Part shown: piece by piece, positions 18,301 through 26,253 of the stretch | How the letters are laid out: each line of letters opens with the position of its first letter | Position numbering within the stretch: position 1 is the stretch's first letter | Origin: Planctomycetota bacterium | GTDB lineage: Bacteria; Planctomycetota; SZUA-567; H5-PLA8 | DNA length: 64,000 nt | Direction: 5' to 3' | Assembly (NCBI GenBank): GCA_038227875.1 | Contig: JBBRPR010000030.1 | Span: 35,923 to 99,922 of the forward strand | Notes under the pieces: model-generated | Seen by the model: the letters and a program-made list of their open reading frames with translations, nothing else | What the model was told of the DNA's origin: nothing | Databases searched by the model: none | Program-made: the position numbers and the translations under genes

Positions 18301-19628
18301 TTGGTCATCGAGAACGTCTGCGCCGCATTCAGCAGAGCCACATTCGCCGACAGCGCGCTATCCGCCACGGAACTGTTCGGCAGCGTCAAGCTTCCGCCGC
18401 TGAGCGTCAGCCCATTACTGGCCGTCAACAATCCCGCCGACGTGACCTTGCCTGCACCGGTCGTGCTCACATCGCCGGTGGTGCTGATGGAAATGTTGGG
18501 ATCAAGATTGCCACCTGTAATCGTGCCGGCCGCGATCTTCGTGCCTGTCACCGCTCCCGCTGTGATCGAGTTCGCGTTCGCTGCGCCGGTCACGTCGCCA
18601 TTTAAATTGATGCCAGCCGGGTTGGCCGTAATCACGCTGCCTGCGATGGTAATCGATGTCCCGTCCGGCTGGACCACACCGTTGCTCGCCGTCGTCGCCA
18701 CCGGCAACCGCGCGCTGGCCACAGTTCCTGACGCGATCGCCGATCCATTCAGATTCGCCAGACCTGAACCGTCGCCGCTGAGCACCCCGCTGACCGACGC
18801 ATTGCCCGCTTTGTCGATGCTGAAATACTTCGTCGCGCCCGTGCTGTTCGTGACTGAGAACACATCGCTTGCCGGCGCGCCCGCCGACGTCTGCTTCACC
18901 ACCAGGCCCGTCACGTTGCCGCTGCCCGGGTTGATCACATTGGCGTTGGTGAATGTTTGCGCCGCGTTGAGCAGCGCCACGTTGCTGGACAACGCCACGT
19001 CCGGAATCGATCCCGAAAGCGGTGTCAGGTATGACCACTGCGCGCCGCCGTTGCCGTCGGCCACCAGGCTCATCCCCGGAGAGGCCTGCTGCGATCCGAC
19101 CTTGGCCGTCGTCACCGCGTTGTCCGCCAGTTTCGGCGTCGTCACTGAGCCGTCGGCCAGCGTCAGCGTGCCTACCGCACCGTTGCCGATCTTCGGGCCC
19201 GTCACCGCGCCGTCGACAATGTCGCCGGTGGCAATCGCCGTTGGCGGTGTCGCGCCTGCGCCCACCGTTGCGGGAAGATTCAACACGCTGAACTGCTGCA
19301 ACGTGTACATGACTTCAATGCGAAACGAATCGCTCGGTACCGAGCCAATGCCCGGCGTGTCGGACGCAATCAGCTTCTGATCGGCAAGCACGCGCAAAAT
19401 CGCGCCGCGGACCGCCGCCGTCGGAGGCCGAATGCGCCCCACCACGCCCACGACCGTCGCGATCTTGAACTCGCTGAGGATCATTGCCACCTGCCCCTGC
19501 AGCCGTACGTTCACACGGGTGGGCAGCACGATCATCGGTGGCTTGGTTGCATCCGCCCCTAAGAGGGGCGCACACGATCCGGCGATTCCTGCCAGACTCA
19601 TTGTCAAAATTGCGACTGCGACACGCAT
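15354..19628 (-). CDS. Large exported repetitive fibre/adhesin-like protein (~1,424 aa)
   Basis: Signal-peptide-like N-terminus after GAAGGAGA RBS; T/A/G/S/N-rich; three classes of internal repeats; GAVTxxKIA motifs. Confidence 0.85.
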   Translation of the reverse strand: MRVAVAILTMSLAGIAGSCAPLLGADATKPPMIVLPTRVNVRLQGQVAMILSEFKIATVVGVVGRIRPPTAAVRGAILRVLADQKLIASDTPGIGSVPSDSFRIEVMYTLQQFSVLNLPATVGAGATPPTAIATGDIVDGAVTGPKIGNGAVGTLTLADGSVTTPKLADNAVTTAKVGSQQASPGMSLVADGNGGAQWSYLTPLSGSIPDVALSSNVALLNAAQTFTNANVINPGSGNVTGLVVKQTSAGAPASDVFSVTNSTGATKYFSIDKAGNASVSGVLSGDGSGLANLNGSAIASGTVASARLPVATTASNGVVQPDGTSITIAGSVITANPAGINLNGDVTGAANANSITAGAVTGTKIAAGTITGGNLDPNISISTTGDVSTTGAGKVTSAGLLTASNGLTLSGGSLTLPNSSVADSALSANVALLNAAQTFSMTNTFDPGAADLSSVVVKQTSAVTPSLDVFSVTDTTGATKYLNVDKSGNTSASGSLAVAGSTTSTGLLTASNGLTLSGGSLTLPNNSVADSALSANVALLDAAQTFSKTNTFDPGVADLSSVVVKQTSAATPSLNVFSVTDTTGATKYLNVDKSGNTSVSGVLSGNGSGLTSLDAAALASGLVPVARLPLGTTAAPGALQADGTTITVAGGVISASAAGINLSGDVSGPANANTIGAGKVTGANLASGISISTTGNIATTGAGTITSAGLLKASNGLTVTGAVTLPNTSVADTALSGNVALLNAAQTFTNANVVNPGATNVTGLSVRQTSAGAPAQDVFSVTNSGGATKYFSVNNAGNLTFSGTATGNGSLLTALNATQLTNGTVPVARLPLATGAAVGAVRPDGVSITIAGGVISAVASGVILAGDVTGPGNANTIAAGAVTGAKIANATIAGTNLAANIAISTTGNIATTGAGTITSAGLLKASNGLTVTGALTLPNTSVADTALSVNVALKNGANVFTSTNTFNNTGLLVQNPAGTFTVNVRPAAETANRVLSVPLLGANDTVATLGTAQTFTGAKTFSALTTASGGLTVAGALTLPNTSVADTALSANVALKNGANTFTNANVFSNNATFTNTGLLVQNPAGTFTVNVRPAAETASRVLSVPLLGANDTIATLGTAQTFTGAKTFNALTTASGGLTVAGALTLPNTSVADTALSVNIPLKNGANVFLNTNTFTNTGLLVQNPAGTFTVNVRPAAETANRVLSVPLLGANDTLATLGTAQTFTGAKTFSNTGLLVQNPAGTFTVNVRPAAETANRVLSVPLLGANDTVATLGTAQTFTGAKTFSAGVTVNNAGLLVQNPAATFTVGLKPAAVTANRTVTLPDATGTALLASTLPIAVAGNTVATAAGVSEVDLTAGGVAATFTLTLNGMANGQMVAIKNSTGFAITSINGRAINVPTGQSQLIYVDNAGAVNRAAPALTFP

Positions 19629-19763
19629 GACCGTCTCCTTCAAACTGACCCGCCGAACTTTCCGGTTTACGGAAACTTCGACTGCTAACGCATGAGCTTG
19701 GTTGCTAAATGAATCAATTGCGCGGGTGCAAGCGGCGCAAAAATCGACTATGTATTGGATATC

Positions 19764-19779
19764 TGCAATTTCACGGCCA
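19764..19779 (-). promoter_or_regulatory. Sigma-54 (-24/-12) promoter of the adhesin gene
   Basis: Minus strand TGGCCGTGAAATTGCA gives GG-N10-GC with TTGCA, about 135 bp upstream of the start codon. Confidence 0.6.
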
Positions 19780-19873
19780 AGCTTGAGGGATCAGTTAAGT
19801 GACAGCCCTTGCGGGAGTTACTAGCGCGCCTAGTGCAGTAAGGTTTACTCTAAAAACAAAAATCTCCGGTTGA

Positions 19874-19895
19874 TTCCCAATTATGGAATTGGGAA
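19874..19895. promoter_or_regulatory. Inverted repeat, candidate enhancer (UAS) or operator
   Basis: TTCCCAATT-ATGG-AATTGGGAA, about 100 bp upstream of the sigma-54 box. Confidence 0.4.
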
Positions 19896-19939
19896 GAGCA
19901 CAGTTGGCCAACTTGGACATCGTCAACCTTGTCGGTTCA

Positions 19940-19987
19940 AATCTATATATTGTGGTGGTATTTAAAGAGTGTTCCCAGCTATTGTGG
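19940..19987. promoter_or_regulatory. Candidate tandem NrdR-like boxes
   Basis: AATCTATATATTGTGG (19940-19955) matches the CwATATATwGTG core; a weaker TTCCCAGCTATTGTGG starts 32 bp later. Confidence 0.35.
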
Positions 19988-20128
19988 ATAAGGAAAATTT
20001 TCCTTAAGCTACGGCTGTGCGATGATATTTGAGCGGTTGATTTGCCGCGCCGTCGTCCGATTTCAATCGTATCAGCGCGGCGTCGGTGCTATTCTTCGCG
20101 AAGCATCCGTGTGAACAAGGAATCAATC

Positions 20129-20650
20129 ATGCGAACCGCCCTCACCCTGACCCTGACTCTGCTCCTCAGCGCTGTGACGCTCAACGCCAGCGCCGCGCAG
20201 GACGCGCCGGCGAAAGTCATCAGCCACGGCCAGGCCGTTGATCTCAAAAGTGTGCTCGCCGCCGACAAGAACACCGTCTTCGAATTCTACGCCGATTGGT
20301 GAGGCGCCTGCCGCGTCATGGGGCCTCAGTTTGAGGCCGCCGCCAAAAAACGGAGCGATCTGACGCTCGTCCGCGTCGACATCAACAACTGGGACAGCGC
20401 CGTCGCGCGCCAGTTCTCGATTCAATCGCTGCCGAATCTGATTCTCTATAACCCGCAGGGTGAGGTGCTCAAGCGCGGCCGAGCGGCCGTGGGCCACGAA
20501 CTGATGCCCGCCCAGATCGCCGACGGGAGCGATGAAAGTTCAGGCGGCGATTTCAACGGCTGGCTGATCGTCATCCCCGCGCTGGCCGGATTCCTGCTGC
20601 TGCTGTTCGTGCTCACCAAAGCCTTGGGACCGAAGCGCCGCACGCTATAA
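20129..20650 (+). CDS. Exported, C-terminally membrane-anchored thioredoxin with in-frame UGA (selenocysteine, UxxC)
   Basis: ORFs 20042..20302 and 20318..20650 are in one frame and join as ...VFEFYADW-TGA-GACRVMGPQF...VRVDIN...FSIQSLP (thioredoxin fold); signal peptide and C-terminal TM plus KRR. Confidence 0.85.
20303..20344 (+). promoter_or_regulatory. Bacterial SECIS-like stem-loop
   Basis: GGCCTCA-GTT-TGAGGCC (20322-20338) with G as first loop base 27 nt after the UGA; GGCG (20303) can pair with CGCC (20341). Confidence 0.65.
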
Positions 20651-21772
20651 TCACGGCTTGAGCCGGATGCGATCCGCGCCGACCCATTCATCCCATTCCT
20701 TGCCGTAACCGTCGTAGGTGATGAAGTATTTCTTCTCCTCGGCGTTCACTTTCAACACTTTCGCCGGCCACCAGCGGTGGTGCCATTCCACCTGCGCCTT
20801 CGAACCGACTTTCAGTTCCGTCGGGGCCTTCCCCGCGGCAAACGCGCGCACGTCCTTCTCCGCGACCCAATCTTCCTCACGCGCCACGGTCGTGGCGTAG
20901 CGGACGTGCAGTTTGCCATCCTTCACGTCTTCCACCAGCGCCCGGTACCAGTCGCCTTCGTACAACACCTCGACATGCTCGCCGATGCGCTTGTCGCTCT
21001 TTTTCTCAGCGACCGCGAGCTTGAACTCCGGCGGCAACTTCCCACCGCGCGACGCCGCCGCCGTCTGCTCATCAAAAAACCGCATCTCCCCGCGGATGTA
21101 CTTCGCCGCCTCGTCAAACGTGACCGCACCGTCGCCATCCAGATCCGCCTGCGGCTTGCCTTCCAGCACATCCAGGAGGCTGTCGCTGAAGGTCCAGTTG
21201 CCCGTCGACGTCGCACCGCCGGTCACCGACGTCAATACCGCGTAATCGATCGGGCCCTTCTGAGTCTTCGCGAGGTCGGCCATCACGCCCGATTCGCAGC
21301 AATCCGCCAGCAGCACCGCGCGCTTGCCGTGAAAATTCTCCTCCAGCGACTCAAAGATCGACGGAATGCCCCACGCCGTATCGTAAGCGTCGTACGTCGC
21401 GAAGTACGTCACGCCATTGTCGCCCTTGTACCCATGCCCGCAGAAATACAGAAAGAGCGTGTCGCCCTTCTCCGCTTTGGCCGCGAAGGTCTTCAGTGCC
21501 GCCTCGACCGCCGCCGTGGTTGCGGCGCGGTCCTGGAGCAGTTTCACATGATCCGCCGGCACGCCGAGCGTCTTGAACTCTTCCACTAAAAGCGAATCCC
21601 GCCGCCCCGCCTTGGGAAATGAGTGAAGAAAATCCGGATGCTTCCACTCGAGCAACCCCACCACAAACACCCACGATTTCGCAGGCGCCCAATCCGTTTC
21701 CGCCGCCCGAACCGCGTCAATCGAACACGACAGCGCCATCAGCGCGCAGAGCATCAGCATGATTTTTTTCAT
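20651..21772 (-). CDS. Secreted caspase-like (peptidase C14) protein with EF-hand-like loop and two Tudor/Agenet-like domains
   Basis: Signal peptide; FLYFCGHG and LLADCCESG catalytic dyad; DLDGDGAVTFDE; VEVLYEGDWYRA and VEWHHRWWPAKV...YDGYGKEWDEWV. Confidence 0.8.
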   Translation of the reverse strand: MKKIMLMLCALMALSCSIDAVRAAETDWAPAKSWVFVVGLLEWKHPDFLHSFPKAGRRDSLLVEEFKTLGVPADHVKLLQDRAATTAAVEAALKTFAAKAEKGDTLFLYFCGHGYKGDNGVTYFATYDAYDTAWGIPSIFESLEENFHGKRAVLLADCCESGVMADLAKTQKGPIDYAVLTSVTGGATSTGNWTFSDSLLDVLEGKPQADLDGDGAVTFDEAAKYIRGEMRFFDEQTAAASRGGKLPPEFKLAVAEKKSDKRIGEHVEVLYEGDWYRALVEDVKDGKLHVRYATTVAREEDWVAEKDVRAFAAGKAPTELKVGSKAQVEWHHRWWPAKVLKVNAEEKKYFITYDGYGKEWDEWVGADRIRLKP

Positions 21773-21953
21773 GCAGCCGTTCTCAGGGAAGTGAGCGAAT
21801 TTTTCAACAGGGAAGTAGTCATCACAAAAAAATTGACAAACCCAATTCCGCAGGGTTAGTTACTTTCGAAACCATTGCGGTCCCGAATCTATCTGAACAA
21901 CAGTGATTCTGAAGTGTTCGGCACGACCCAGATACAAAAACGAAAGCACGATC

Positions 21954-22505
21954 ATGACCGACTATAAGTCCGTCCTCGATTCCATTCAGCGCGACGCGCG
22001 TTACCAGACGAATCTCGACTGGGGCCAGCCCCGGTCCGGGCATCCGGAAGGCACCGTCCGCGCACATATTGAAGAACTCGAACGTAACTTGAAGCGCTTG
22101 CGGCCCAAGCTCTCCGGCACGGATCACGACAAATTGAAAGTCCTGATCCACGTCCACGACACGTTCAAGGCGGAAGCCAAGGCCGGATGCCCGATCACCG
22201 ATTCGCGCAGCCACGCTTCGCTGGCCAAAAACTTCCTCGCGGAATTCTGCGCCGAGCCCGATCTGCTCGCGATGGTCCAGTACCACGACGAGCCCTACGC
22301 GCTCTGGCGACAGAACCAGCACGGCCGGCTGAAAGAAGAACGCGTCGATGCGCTCGTCGCCGCGATCGCCGACTGGAATCTCTTCCTCGCCTTCCTGCTG
22401 ATCGACGGCAACTGCGCCGGCAAGGATCGCGGCCCGCTGAAATGGATCTTCATGAAGATGGCCGGCCGCGTGAAGACGGTGTTCTCGGCTGAAGACATTG
22501 TGTGA
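21954..22505 (+). CDS. HD-domain protein
   Basis: GHPEGTVRAH...LIHVHDTFK...SHA...YHD...D metal-binding pattern. Confidence 0.75.
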   Translation: MTDYKSVLDSIQRDARYQTNLDWGQPRSGHPEGTVRAHIEELERNLKRLRPKLSGTDHDKLKVLIHVHDTFKAEAKAGCPITDSRSHASLAKNFLAEFCAEPDLLAMVQYHDEPYALWRQNQHGRLKEERVDALVAAIADWNLFLAFLLIDGNCAGKDRGPLKWIFMKMAGRVKTVFSAEDIV

Positions 22506-22509
22506 TTAT

Positions 22510-22590
22510 GAGCAGCGGGAATCGGGAATTGGGATTCGGGATTCGTAACTGCGGCGTGCAGCGAATCCCGATTCCCGACTCCCGCTGTTC
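22510..22590. terminator. Inverted repeat built of heptamers between convergent genes (bidirectional terminator/REP-like)
   Basis: GAGCAGCGGGAATCGGGAATTGGGATTCG ... CGAATCCCGATTCCCGACTCCCGCTGTTC. Confidence 0.6.
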
Positions 22591-22594
22591 AGTA

Positions 22595-23278
22595 CTACTT
22601 CTTCTCGGGCAGATCGCAGCGCTTTAAGAATGCTCCGTCCTTGCCCAGGAACAGAACCTTGTGAGCACCGCCGCCGAAGGCCACTTCCTGGCCGGCGATC
22701 TTCATCACAGATTTCTCGACCGTCCACTTCAGCTTGCGAAAGGTGATCTCCGTCGTGCCCCCGGAGCTCTTTACGCCAAAGGATCCGGCCTGGATCGACG
22801 AACTTCCGCCGCCCATTGCCGTGAACGAGCCGCTCGACATGCCGTTGTACGGCGTCTGTTCGACGACCACGCGGATGTTGCCAAAATCGCAGACGAAGTC
22901 GCCGCCATGGCCATAGTTCTTGAACGAAATATTCTTACCGTCTTCCGAGACCGTCGATTCAAACGGCAGACCGGCCAATTCCTTCTGATCGGCCGAGAGC
23001 GCGAGCATGTCCTTGGGCGTGTTGAGCGTGCGCAGAATTTCGGCCGCGCGCTCGCGCACTTCCGTGTCTTCGGACTTGGCGAGTTTCTCCGCCAGTCCGC
23101 GGGCCGATTCCCCCGCCGCGATCAGCGCCTTGCTGGCCACTTCGCGCTTGGCAAAGTCGTCGCTGCCCAGATCCTTGCCGAACTTTTCCAGATCCGCTTT
23201 CGCCGGCGCCTCCGCGGCAAACGCCGCGCAACCCAAACACATCACAATGAGCATCCCGGCCACATTCATTTTCGACAT
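22595..23278 (-). CDS. Exported hypothetical protein with N-terminal HEAT-like helices
   Basis: Signal peptide; DLGSDDFAKREVASKAL...DTEVRERAAEIL. Confidence 0.7.
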   Translation of the reverse strand: MSKMNVAGMLIVMCLGCAAFAAEAPAKADLEKFGKDLGSDDFAKREVASKALIAAGESARGLAEKLAKSEDTEVRERAAEILRTLNTPKDMLALSADQKELAGLPFESTVSEDGKNISFKNYGHGGDFVCDFGNIRVVVEQTPYNGMSSGSFTAMGGGSSSIQAGSFGVKSSGGTTEITFRKLKWTVEKSVMKIAGQEVAFGGGAHKVLFLGKDGAFLKRCDLPEKK

Positions 23279-23394
23279 GCAAAATCTCCCATGAGTACAC
23301 TATATGACGATCCAACGATGAAAGTGCAACACGGGAGAGGACGGAATGTCATCGAATAAATTTTGAGAATCTTCGATAGGGCGAACGGGACTGA

Positions 23395-23934
23395 TCACTT
23401 GCGAACGATCTGCATCAATATGTCGTGCATGTAATTCATGCGCCGTTCGCTCAGGAGGGAGCCGAACAGAAATTCCTGCCTGCCTTTGATTGCAATATGC
23501 GTCGTCTTTTTTCCGTCTCTACGCGGCTTGTCAAAATACCCTACACTTTCAATTTCGCTCAGCTTAAACCGGTCAGTGATTCCAACTAACCACACGCCTT
23601 CAAAGATTTCTACGTCGTCACCGCGCGTCCGTATTTCGACTTTACCGCAGACTAACATCATTGCGTACATAACGGAAGGTATGCCGGCAAAAATGCAGAT
23701 GATCGAGTACACAAGATAAAAGAGTGGGTATTGAGAAAATTTTCCTTCTACGATTAAGTCTCGATAAAGAATGTAAACTACGACTTGAGCCCAAGCAGTA
23801 ATAAATGGTGTAATTAAGCAACCAACGGATGAGCGCGTTGTAGCAGAAACTGTCAATCCCGATTCCGCCTGCCGACATCGAACTCCATCAGGCGGATACT
23901 TTAAATCAATCTCGCCGACAGAACCATCGCTCAC
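23395..23934 (-). CDS. Low-GC membrane protein (2 TM plus bPH-like C-terminus)
   Basis: 179-aa ORF whose GTG start overlaps the nuoI stop; two hydrophobic segments; visibly AT-rich. Confidence 0.65.
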   Translation of the reverse strand: MSDGSVGEIDLKYPPDGVRCRQAESGLTVSATTRSSVGCLITPFITAWAQVVVYILYRDLIVEGKFSQYPLFYLVYSIICIFAGIPSVMYAMMLVCGKVEIRTRGDDVEIFEGVWLVGITDRFKLSEIESVGYFDKPRRDGKKTTHIAIKGRQEFLFGSLLSERRMNYMHDILMQIVRK

Positions 23935-24674
23935 GCCTTCGGCGGCTCATCCGGCTTCTTCGCTTCTGGCGCCGGAGCGACAGGCGCGGCAGGAGCCGCA
24001 GGCGGTGTCGCAGGCTTCGGTGTAGCAGGCGCAGCCGGCGGCGGTGTTCCCGCGGCGGGCGCGGCGCCTCCTGCAGCGGCGGCAGCCGCAGCTTCGGCCT
24101 TCTTCTTCGCTTCGGCGGCAGCCTTCGCGGCGGCGGCGGCAGCGGCGGCTTTCTTCTTCGCTTCGGCAGCTTCGAAGCGCTTCTTTTCAATCACGGCCTT
24201 CTGATCGGCGGTGAAATACCCCACGCCGAAGCGGCGCAGCTGGCCGTGCAGGTTCGTGCCGTCCGATTCGTTGAACGTCGCGCCCCACCATTCCTTGGTC
24301 ATCGTCAGGCAGCCCGTCGGGCAGGCGAAGACGCACAGTCCGCAGTACATGCACTTCAGCAGGTCGATGTCAAAGCGGCTGGGGCGCAGCTTGTTCGATT
24401 CGGTCTTCTCTCCGTCGATCCAGAAACAGTCGATCGGGCAGGCGTTCGCGCAGGCCTTGCAGACGATGCAGCGTTCAATGTCGTTGTGCAGATGTCCGCG
24501 GAAGCGGTCGGCCACCTTCACGTCGCGAGCCATGGTCATCGAGCCGTCGTAGTCGATGGTCGTCACGGTTTCTTTCTCGTGGAGATTGGAATCCTTGAGA
24601 TAACCGCCGGTGACTTTCATGCCCACCATGAACGTCTTCATGCCATCGTAGATGTCCTGCATGAACTGAATCAT
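23931..24674 (-). CDS. nuoI: NADH-quinone oxidoreductase subunit I with Ala/Pro tail
   Basis: RFRG; CIVCKACANACP and CMYCGLCVFACP 2x[4Fe-4S] motifs. Confidence 0.9.
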   Translation of the reverse strand: MIQFMQDIYDGMKTFMVGMKVTGGYLKDSNLHEKETVTTIDYDGSMTMARDVKVADRFRGHLHNDIERCIVCKACANACPIDCFWIDGEKTESNKLRPSRFDIDLLKCMYCGLCVFACPTGCLTMTKEWWGATFNESDGTNLHGQLRRFGVGYFTADQKAVIEKKRFEAAEAKKKAAAAAAAAKAAAEAKKKAEAAAAAAAGGAAPAAGTPPPAAPATPKPATPPAAPAAPVAPAPEAKKPDEPPKA

Positions 24675-24715
24675 TCAACCACTCCAATTTTTCGCCTGCT
24701 TCACGACCGTGAACG

Positions 24716-26230
24716 TTACTGAGCGACCGACGTGCCCTGCAATCCCGACTTCTCCAGCATCTCGCGCTGCGCCCGCTGTTCGGCCGTGAGCGGCTTGGCG
24801 AAGAACCAGCCGATAAACCCGAGCACGCCAAACGCAAACAACAGCCGCAGCACAAACGTAACGTGGAACAGCGATTCCTCGCTGAACCGCAGCACGATCT
24901 GCATGCGCACCAGCATCCACAGCGCCACACCAAAGAAACACGCCATGCCCATCGGAATTAGTTTCTTCCAGCACAGCGTCATCATCTGGTCGACGCGGTA
25001 GCGCGGCAACGTCCAGCGGATCCACATCATCAGCAGCACCAATCCGTACGTCTTGGTGCCGAACACAATCAGATGGAGCAGCGTGCCGTACCAGTGGAAC
25101 GCGGGCGTCCAGTGGTTGGCGGCCGTGGCCACATCGTTGGTCATCAAGGCGCTCTCGAGCGGCCCGATGCCCGTCGACCAGCCGCCCAGGAAAATCGTCA
25201 CCGCCAGCGCCGAAGTCACGCACATCATTGCGTATTCAGCCATGAAAAAGAAGGCGAAGCGCATCCCCGTGTATTCCGTGTGGTAACCGGCGACGAGTTC
25301 CGATTCCGCTTCAGGAATGTCGAACGGCGTGCGGTTACATTCGGCCAGCGCCGCCAGGAAATACACCGGGGCGAGCACGAACATCGCCGGGTGGAAGAGA
25401 TTCCACTGCCAGAACCAGCCGGTCGTCATCCCGTTGCCGCCGTCGTGGAATCCGAACTGATCGTAAATCATGCCCTGCAGCGAGAGCGTGCCGGCGATCA
25501 TCGCGCCCGTCACCAGCGCCAGTCCCACCGGCAATTCGTAGGAGACAATCTGCGCCGCCGAGCGCATGCCGCCCAGCAACGCCCATTTATTGTTGCTGGC
25601 CCAGCCGGCCATCAGGATGCCCAGCACTTCCATCGAGGTAATCGCAGCGATGTAGAGTACGCCGGTTTCAAAGTTCGCCACGTACCACGCGTCCGAGAAC
25701 GGCAGCGCCGCGCAGGCGCCAAAAGCGGAAGCCAGCACAATCGTCGGCGCCATCTTGAACATCGGCTTGTCGACGGCGTCGGGAATGATGTCTTCCTTCA
25801 TGATCAGCTTGATGCCGTCGGCGAGGAAAATCAAAATGCCGGGCGCCAGCTTGATCACCAGTTTGTCGACCAGATCGATGACGGGAACCAGCGGCCCGAC
25901 CAGCGCCGCCATCAGCTTGCCGCCGGCTCCAGCGTTGGGTGACTTGCCGTTGCTGACCGTCGCGCGCGCAAATTCGCCAAAGAACGCGCCAATGTTACAT
26001 TTGTTCGGACCGACACGGCGTTGAATGTCCGCCGCCAGTTTGCGCTCGATGTACGTGCTGATCCCGGCCACCGCCTGCACCAGCAGAAAGATGATCAAGC
26101 AGGGCACAATGATCGCAATCAGGCTCGCCACGCCCGGGTTGGACAGGATATCGATCAGCTTTTGCACCAGCGTGCTGTGCGGGCCTTCCAGCTGGCCGAG
26201 ACTGATGAGCAGTGTGTAGATCGCAGACAT
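24716..26230 (-). CDS. nuoH: NADH-quinone oxidoreductase subunit H (enlarged)
   Basis: ERKLAADIQRRVGP, ADGIKLIMKED, GGMRSAAQIVSYE, AECNRTPFDIPEAESELVAGYHTEY, RWTLPRYRVDQ. Confidence 0.93.
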   Translation of the reverse strand: MSAIYTLLISLGQLEGPHSTLVQKLIDILSNPGVASLIAIIVPCLIIFLLVQAVAGISTYIERKLAADIQRRVGPNKCNIGAFFGEFARATVSNGKSPNAGAGGKLMAALVGPLVPVIDLVDKLVIKLAPGILIFLADGIKLIMKEDIIPDAVDKPMFKMAPTIVLASAFGACAALPFSDAWYVANFETGVLYIAAITSMEVLGILMAGWASNNKWALLGGMRSAAQIVSYELPVGLALVTGAMIAGTLSLQGMIYDQFGFHDGGNGMTTGWFWQWNLFHPAMFVLAPVYFLAALAECNRTPFDIPEAESELVAGYHTEYTGMRFAFFFMAEYAMMCVTSALAVTIFLGGWSTGIGPLESALMTNDVATAANHWTPAFHWYGTLLHLIVFGTKTYGLVLLMMWIRWTLPRYRVDQMMTLCWKKLIPMGMACFFGVALWMLVRMQIVLRFSEESLFHVTFVLRLLFAFGVLGFIGWFFAKPLTAEQRAQREMLEKSGLQGTSVAQ

Positions 26231-26253
26231 GTCGCTTTTTTCGTCCTCTGTTT

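Noticed and set aside
19983..19991. DnaA box as a sign of oriC
   Set aside because: Only one perfect box, with no cluster and no dnaA/dnaN/gidA context.
20300..20302. UGA as Trp/Gly (alternative genetic code) or a simple nonsense mutation
   Set aside because: Many other genes here end in TGA and use TGG for Trp. The position at the catalytic Cys plus the downstream hairpin favours selenocysteine, although a pseudogene cannot be fully excluded without seeing the sel genes.
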